Assembly (NCBI GenBank): GCA_902510995.1
Contig: CABXDL010000002.1
Span: 17,007 to 81,006, forward strand
Length of the DNA stretch: 64,000 bases
Origin: an uncultured Candidatus Actinomarina sp.
Lineage (GTDB): Bacteria; Actinomycetota; Acidimicrobiia; Actinomarinales; Actinomarinaceae
Direction of reading: 5' to 3'
The notes under the pieces are model-generated. The model saw only the letters and a list, made by a program, of their open reading frames with translations, was not told where the DNA came from and searched no databases. A program made the position numbers and the translations under genes. Shown one piece after another: positions 59,017 through 64,000 of the stretch; the first letter of the stretch is position 1; each line of letters begins with the position of its first letter.

Positions 59017-59231
59017 TGAAAATAGATAAAATTTTAACTAATAAACTTTTTCAGTCCTTTATTTTCTTTTCTATATTTAGAGCAATTTATGGATTTGCTA
59101 TTGTTCTTATAGCTTATTTTTTATCTCAAAAATATAATTTAAGCATTTTTGGCTCATTACCAATTTTTGTAATATCTATATTTGTTTCTAAAGTATTTTA
59201 TAAGAAATTTAAAATATATTTTAATCTCTAA
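59016..59231 (+). CDS. Small membrane protein, unknown function
   Basis: 71-aa ORF with two hydrophobic helices, start-stop coupled to the DUF393 gene. Confidence 0.4.
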   Translation: MKIDKILTNKLFQSFIFFSIFRAIYGFAIVLIAYFLSQKYNLSIFGSLPIFVISIFVSKVFYKKFKIYFNL

Positions 59232-59703
59232 AATTTCCGTAATTTAAATATACATTATAATTTTTACTCTTAAGGAAAATTATAGCTTCTTGTAATTCAT
59301 CTCTTTTTTTAGAAGTAACTCGAATTGATTCATTTTGTATTGAACTTTGTAATTTTTTAGAAAATTCCTTAAGATCTTTTACTATGTTTTTGGAAGTTTC
59401 TTTATTAATACCTGATTTTAATGTATAAATTCTTTTTGATTCAGAAGGAGTTTCTTCGTCAGTAAAATTAGTTAAGAATTTTATTGATACATTTCTTTTT
59501 ACAAATTTTTCTTTTAAAACTTGATCAGCAGCTTTTAGTCTTTCTTCAGTACTACTTCTAAGTGATATTATTTCATTTGAAAAATCAACTGAAGTATTTG
59601 TATTTTTAAAATCGTATCTGTTTACTATTTCTCTATTCATTTGATCTACAGCATTTAATACTTCTTGTGAGTTGAATTCAGATGTTATATCAAAACTTGG
59701 CAT
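59221..59703 (-). CDS. yajQ: YajQ family nucleotide-binding protein
   Basis: 160 aa with the canonical N-terminus MPSFDITSE...EVLNAVDQ...RYDFK. Confidence 0.9.
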   Translation of the reverse strand: MPSFDITSEFNSQEVLNAVDQMNREIVNRYDFKNTNTSVDFSNEIISLRSSTEERLKAADQVLKEKFVKRNVSIKFLTNFTDEETPSESKRIYTLKSGINKETSKNIVKDLKEFSKKLQSSIQNESIRVTSKKRDELQEAIIFLKSKNYNVYLNYGNFRD

Positions 59704-59730
59704 TTCTTTTCTACTTAATAATTTAATACA

Positions 59731-60177
59731 TTATTTATCATAATTTTGCCTCAAGTACTCATAAGCAACAATTGATACTGCATTTGCTAGATTAATGCTT
59801 CTTGAGTCACTAGTCATAGGTATTGTTATAATATTTTTACTTTCTTCAAGAATGTCGTCAGGCAAACCTACTGATTCAGGTCCGAACACTAAATGAGAGT
59901 ATTCCTTAAGTTCAACATCCCAAATATTATTTTTGCCTTTAGAAGACAAATATCCAACATTATCTAAATTTATTTCATTTTTAAATTCACCCCAGTCTTC
60001 ATACATGCTCACTGAAGCTAAATCATGATAATCTAAACCGGCTCTTCTAATCTTATTTTCTTGAAAGTTGAAACCTAAAGGTTTGATTATGTTTAATGAC
60101 AAATTTGTATTTGCAGATAGTCTTATACAAGCACCTACATTTCCCGCTATTTCTGGTTGATAAAGTACAATTTCCAC
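59731..60177 (-). CDS. trmL: tRNA (cytidine/uridine-34-2'-O)-methyltransferase, SpoU/TrmL family
   Basis: 148 aa. Contains MEIVLYQPEIAGNVGACIRL, and the SPOUT knot region reads LVFGPESVGL...IPM...RSINLANAV. Confidence 0.88.
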   Translation of the reverse strand: MEIVLYQPEIAGNVGACIRLSANTNLSLNIIKPLGFNFQENKIRRAGLDYHDLASVSMYEDWGEFKNEINLDNVGYLSSKGKNNIWDVELKEYSHLVFGPESVGLPDDILEESKNIITIPMTSDSRSINLANAVSIVAYEYLRQNYDK

Positions 60178-60228
60178 ATAGTAATTATATTCCTATTCAA
60201 TAGTCATAAGGCATGTAAAATATTAAAT

Positions 60229-61791
60229 GTGAAGCAAGTAATTAAATTATTTATACCAAGTTTTGCAGGCTTTAAAAATGTTGTAAAAGAAGCAAAACAT
60301 ACATCTATTTCAAGGGAACGTTTTATTGATTTCATTAAAGTAGTTGGTTTACTTATGGTTACTTTTAATACTGAGTATCTTTTAGATTTTAAAAATTCTG
60401 CAGGAGAGCTATTGGTATATAATGAATCTTTCACAACTGACAATAAAACACAGTTTACTTGGTTTACTACTGGAATCTCATTATTTTTCTTTTCAACAGG
60501 TTTTACTAATAAAATTGCCTGGTACTCAAACGTAGGTCGAGATGGCAGTCAATGGAAATTTCTTACAGATAGAGTGAATAGTTTGATGGGTCCTGTATTA
60601 GTTTGGATAGCATCAATATCTGTATTATTAAATGTATTTTTTAGATACCTAAAATTTCCACTTTTTATAACTACCGAGAATGATGGATTGATAACTATAA
60701 CAGAATTTCTAATGTGGCCTTTATGGATAGTAGCTATTTATTTAGTAGTTGTAATATTTTGTCCTTTAACTATATATCTACATAAAAAGAATCCATATTT
60801 AACTGTTGTATCACTAATTTGCATGACTATAGCTATAGATACTATAGAATTTTCAATCTCTTTATCTTATATTAAACTTTTTAATTATTTACTATTTTGG
60901 TTAACAATACATCAGATGGGCTATTTTTTTGCTGATGGAAAAATATTTAAATATAAAAGTTCAATATTTGCAACAGTTGCGTTAATTTCCTATGTATATC
61001 TTTTTTATAAACTTAATACTTCAAATGAATTTATGTCAGTATCTGGATATAGACTAAGCGAAATAAGCAACGAAGATCCACCAACAATATATTATTTGAT
61101 TTCATCAGTCGGCCTTCTGTCATTTTTTCTACTTTTTAGAAAGTCTTTTGAAGATATTTTGCATAATACTAATACCTGGTTGATTTTTAATTTTGTTCAC
61201 TCAAATATTTATACTATTTTTTTATGGCATATTTTCCTATTCTTTTTTATGCATGTTTTCAATCTTGATTTATATTTCTATCCAATATTTTTAATTTTTG
61301 TTGTAATTTTATTTGGAGATTATGAGAGAAAAATATTTAAACTTTCAACAAAGTTAGTTCAACGTGTTAATCCTTTACAGCCATGGCCGTCACCTATGAA
61401 AGCTAAAGGTTCATATAGTAATTTTTACTTATCTTGGGTTTCATCTATATTAATTTTAATTGGAGTGCTACAAATTACATTAGGTGGCGTAGGGTTGTCC
61501 GGCTTTTTTTCATTACGAGAACTATATTTTCTAACCGGTAATACTTTTGAAGCTTTTTTAAAGTTATTTACAGGTGTTGTTTTATTGAATACAACTATTA
61601 GAAGAATTGATTTAAAAGATAAAATATTATTATCTGCAGCTATTCTTCAAATTATTTCTTTAGGTATAAGAAATTATCAATATTCTATAATTACCACTTT
61701 TGAGCTATATTTCTCTATGTCTCTAAGCATATTTTTCATTTGGTTAGTTTTACAGAATCGTAACGCAATAGCTAAAGATAAAGTCCAATAA
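60229..61791 (+). CDS. Acyltransferase family 3-like integral membrane protein
   Basis: The protein is polytopic. Its N-terminal segment RERFIDFIKVVGLLMV resembles the acyltransferase_3 R-x-x-x-D/L-R motif. The start is uncertain. I use the GTG at 60229 because the ATG at 60157 would overlap the divergent trmL start. Confidence 0.55.
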   Translation: MKQVIKLFIPSFAGFKNVVKEAKHTSISRERFIDFIKVVGLLMVTFNTEYLLDFKNSAGELLVYNESFTTDNKTQFTWFTTGISLFFFSTGFTNKIAWYSNVGRDGSQWKFLTDRVNSLMGPVLVWIASISVLLNVFFRYLKFPLFITTENDGLITITEFLMWPLWIVAIYLVVVIFCPLTIYLHKKNPYLTVVSLICMTIAIDTIEFSISLSYIKLFNYLLFWLTIHQMGYFFADGKIFKYKSSIFATVALISYVYLFYKLNTSNEFMSVSGYRLSEISNEDPPTIYYLISSVGLLSFFLLFRKSFEDILHNTNTWLIFNFVHSNIYTIFLWHIFLFFFMHVFNLDLYFYPIFLIFVVILFGDYERKIFKLSTKLVQRVNPLQPWPSPMKAKGSYSNFYLSWVSSILILIGVLQITLGGVGLSGFFSLRELYFLTGNTFEAFLKLFTGVVLLNTTIRRIDLKDKILLSAAILQIISLGIRNYQYSIITTFELYFSMSLSIFFIWLVLQNRNAIAKDKVQ

Positions 61792-61793
61792 TA

Positions 61794-62828
61794 GTGAATA
61801 TACCTAAAGGCGAAACAAGACAGGATCTATTAAATAGAGCTTTTATTTATTTAGTAGTCATAAGTTTTGCTGTAATAGTATTTTTAAGAGTTAGAACTTT
61901 ACTCTTTGATTTATTTGTTGCAGTAGTTTTGGCTGCCTTAGCTGAACCTATTGTCTATAGATTATCTAAAAAAACAGGTAGAAAGTTAGCAGCATTTTTA
62001 ACTGTTGTATCTATATTGTTAATAATTGCTGGTATTCTTTTTTCAATCATTCCTGTAATGGTTCAAGAATTATATTTTTTATCTACACAACTTCCAACAT
62101 ATTTGGATAATATTTTAGATTATTTTAATAGTGAAGGTTTTACAATTTCTAATCAGTCATTAGATTTAGAAAATGAATTTAATTCATTTATAAAAAACTA
62201 TGGTGGGGCTGTAGGCAATACTGTTGTTTTTGCTGGCCAAGGTATTCTTAGTGCATTTGCTCACTTTTTTGTCATATTCTTTTTTGCGTATTATTTAATT
62301 TCTGAGGGAGAGCAATGGAGGATAAAACTCAAAGAATCTCTTGATAGTAAATATTCTAATGCAATTGATCAAGTATGGACGATAGGTGTTTCAAAAGCAG
62401 GTGGTTTTATTGTTGCAAGAGTGATACTTGCTGTTTTAGCAAGTATAGTTTTCACAATTTCATTTGCTCTTATTGGATTGCCATCAGCAGTAGCATTAGG
62501 AATATCAGCAGGGATTTTATCTCAATTGATACCAGTAGTGGGCACATTCTTAGGTGGAATAGTTCCTGTTCTAGCATCTATATCTTTGGGTACATCTTAT
62601 ATTTTCTATACTTTATTAATTTTAGTTTTATATCAGTTTGTTGAGAATTATTTTATTAGCCCAAGGGTTACTAAATCAACTATGGAAATTCACCCAGCAG
62701 TAGCAGTATTTTCAACCTTGTTCGGGGCTTACACTATTGGTGCAGTAGGAGCTATATTAGCTTTACCTGTTGCAGCCACTATACAGGGTGTATTCGGTAC
62801 AATTATAGAAAATAAAAAAAATGGATAA
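61794..62828 (+). CDS. AI-2E family transporter (PerM-like permease)
   Basis: 344 aa with about 8 TM helices and family-typical segments (QLIPVVGTFLGG, VENYFISPRV). The start codon is GTG. Confidence 0.8.
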   Translation: MNIPKGETRQDLLNRAFIYLVVISFAVIVFLRVRTLLFDLFVAVVLAALAEPIVYRLSKKTGRKLAAFLTVVSILLIIAGILFSIIPVMVQELYFLSTQLPTYLDNILDYFNSEGFTISNQSLDLENEFNSFIKNYGGAVGNTVVFAGQGILSAFAHFFVIFFFAYYLISEGEQWRIKLKESLDSKYSNAIDQVWTIGVSKAGGFIVARVILAVLASIVFTISFALIGLPSAVALGISAGILSQLIPVVGTFLGGIVPVLASISLGTSYIFYTLLILVLYQFVENYFISPRVTKSTMEIHPAVAVFSTLFGAYTIGAVGAILALPVAATIQGVFGTIIENKKNG

Positions 62829-63114
62829 TATTTTCAACATACCATCAAATGCAATCAAAACTGCTGATAAGTTATTACAAAATTTTAAAGAAGAAACAAT
62901 TGACGAAGTTGGGGAATCATTTAAAAGTTTAAAAAGAAATTTTAAATCAGGAAACTATTTAGCAATAGCTATGTTGTTTATAATTCTTGGGGTAGCTTCA
63001 ATTCTTTCACAATATTTTATAGGAAATTATTTTCTGCAAGCAATGAGTTATTTTGCAATGGCTTTTCTTTGTATAGTTACATTTGTAACTATAATTTGGA
63101 AAATTTTAAAATGA
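62821..63114 (+). CDS. Small membrane protein, unknown function
   Basis: 97 aa with a soluble N-terminal half and two TM helices. It has an 8-nt overlap with the permease gene. Confidence 0.45.
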   Translation: MDNIFNIPSNAIKTADKLLQNFKEETIDEVGESFKSLKRNFKSGNYLAIAMLFIILGVASILSQYFIGNYFLQAMSYFAMAFLCIVTFVTIIWKILK

Positions 63115-63260
63115 ATGAATTCAAAAATGAATATAATAAGTTAAAAGAATCTATAAACTCAGATAATTCAAAATTAGTAACTTTTTTGATTTTCGGAATA
63201 ATATTAGGAAGAATATTAGAAAAAATTAAAAATGTTAAAAAAAGATTTAAAAGAAAATAA
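63111..63260 (+). CDS. Small single-TM protein, unknown function
   Basis: 49 aa from the ATG at 63111 (MNEFKNEYNKL...), with an ATGA overlap with the preceding ORF and a basic C-terminus. Confidence 0.35.
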   Translation: MNEFKNEYNKLKESINSDNSKLVTFLIFGIILGRILEKIKNVKKRFKRK

Positions 63261-63349
63261 TGAATAAATCTATGCAAAAATTTGTAGCAATAGCAATTTC
63301 TGCAGGAGTTCTATTGTCAACAATTTCTTATTTTCTGCTGCTTTTGTAA
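63260..63349 (+). CDS. Candidate 29-aa hydrophobic mini-protein
   Basis: Hand translation gives MNKSMQKFVAIAISAGVLLSTISYFLLLL. The ATG overlaps the preceding TAA (ATAATG). It is not in the ORF track because it is too short. Confidence 0.25.
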   Translation: MNKSMQKFVAIAISAGVLLSTISYFLLLL

Positions 63350-63355
63350 ATTAAA

Positions 63356-64000
63356 GTGAAGTTAGATAATTCGTTAGTTGTTATAAAATCAAATAACAAA
63401 AAATATCTTACAGTAATAAAAGATGGCGAAAGCTTTATTACTCATAATGGAAAAATATCCTACAATGATATTAAATCATTACCTTACACTGTTAAATCTT
63501 CAACAGGTGAAGAGTTTATAATTTACACACCATCTTATAAAGAATTTGTATTACTAATGAGAAGAGGCCCTCAAATAATTTATCCAAAGGATGTAGGTAG
63601 CTTAATAGTAGATGGAAATATTAGAAACAATTCAACCGTATTAGAGATAGGCACTGGGTCCGGAGCGCTGACATTATTTTTATTATTAATTCTTGGAAAA
63701 AAAGGAATGTTGTATTCTCTTGATTCTGATAGTAAACATCAATATCGAGCTAGCAAAACTATTTACCGATATATATCTACTTTTAATAAAGATTATGAAT
63801 ATAACTTAGAATTAATTCACAAAGAACTTATTGACTTTAGAATAATTAATATCGATAAAGATATAGATACTATTATCACTGATGTACCTGAGCCGTGGCA
63901 ATTTTTTTACGAAAATAAAATTGAAAAAGAATTAACTTGGGTTTCTTATTTACCTTCTATATCTCAAGTTGAAAAATTAACAAATATATTAAAAGAAAAT
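63356..64000 (+). CDS. trmI: tRNA (adenine58-N1)-methyltransferase TrmI/GCD14 family, N-terminal part (runs off the right edge)
   Basis: From the GTG at 63356 the protein reads VKLDNSLVVIKSNNKKYL...RRGPQIIYPKDVGSLIV...VLEIGTGSGALTL (SAM motif I)...ITDVPEPW. Confidence 0.8.
   Translation, partial: MKLDNSLVVIKSNNKKYLTVIKDGESFITHNGKISYNDIKSLPYTVKSSTGEEFIIYTPSYKEFVLLMRRGPQIIYPKDVGSLIVDGNIRNNSTVLEIGTGSGALTLFLLLILGKKGMLYSLDSDSKHQYRASKTIYRYISTFNKDYEYNLELIHKELIDFRIINIDKDIDTIITDVPEPWQFFYENKIEKELTWVSYLPSISQVEKLTNILKEN

Noticed and set aside
60157-60228. The ATG start at 60157 for the acyltransferase-like gene.
   Set aside because: It would make the 5' ends of two divergent genes (with trmL, start at 60177) overlap by 21 nt, leaving no promoter space. 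The GTG at 60229 is more plausible, though unproven.
1-64000. A search by eye for CRISPR arrays, IS elements, integrases, prophage genes, restriction-modification, toxin-antitoxin or other defence or accessory islands, and for rRNA or other large ncRNA genes.
   Set aside because: No spaced direct-repeat arrays, terminal inverted repeats or recombinase-like ORFs were seen. The largest non-coding stretches are about 130 nt and are accounted for by leaders and promoters. Both tRNA genes lack adjacent integrase-like genes.

Overview
The window is AT-rich, uses the standard genetic code and has almost no intergenic DNA. It consists almost entirely of housekeeping genes. Their order matches conserved actinobacterial synteny blocks:
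- ilvC-ilvN-ilvB (minus strand), divergent from queG-ilvD.
- DUF3040, MerR and HNH genes, followed by the dcw cluster mraZ-rsmH-ftsL-ftsI-murE-mraY-murD-ftsW-murG-murC-murB-ftsQ-ftsZ-pgeF-yggS-sepF-yggT.
- ileS (minus strand), divergent from dksA-like-lspA-rluA-like-dnaE.
- thyX, then nth-ccdA-ygfZ and tRNA-Leu(CAA).
- polA-rpsA-coaE-uvrB-uvrA-uvrC-rapZ-pgk-tpiA-gpmA-secG-tRNA-Leu.
- guaC-grx-CDF-msrB-DUF393, then yajQ, trmL, an acyltransferase, an AI-2E permease and a partial trmI.

My inference is a streamlined, low-GC actinobacterium. SepF, DUF3040, RapZ and the polA-rpsA-coaE-uvrB order support this, but no taxonomic search was possible.

I found no transposase, integrase, phage gene, CRISPR array, restriction-modification system, toxin-antitoxin pair or recognisable defence island. 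I also found no convincing novel multi-gene system, and the window looks like core chromosome.

The observations most worth a second look are small-scale:
1. An Ile/Leu/Val-rich leader peptide plus terminator in front of ilvB.
2. A 10-bp-phased AAAGTG[T/G] repeat array overlapping a promoter in front of mraZ.
3. A GC-rich nested hairpin filling the mraZ-rsmH spacer.
4. A tRNA-Leu whose anticodon reads AAG (A34).
5. An RluA-family gene with no canonical start codon.
6. Convergent genes that share palindromic TTAA/CTAG stop tetramers, leaving no room for terminators.
7. Absence of expected actinobacterial genes at their usual positions: murF, divIVA, and yvcK/whiA/gap.
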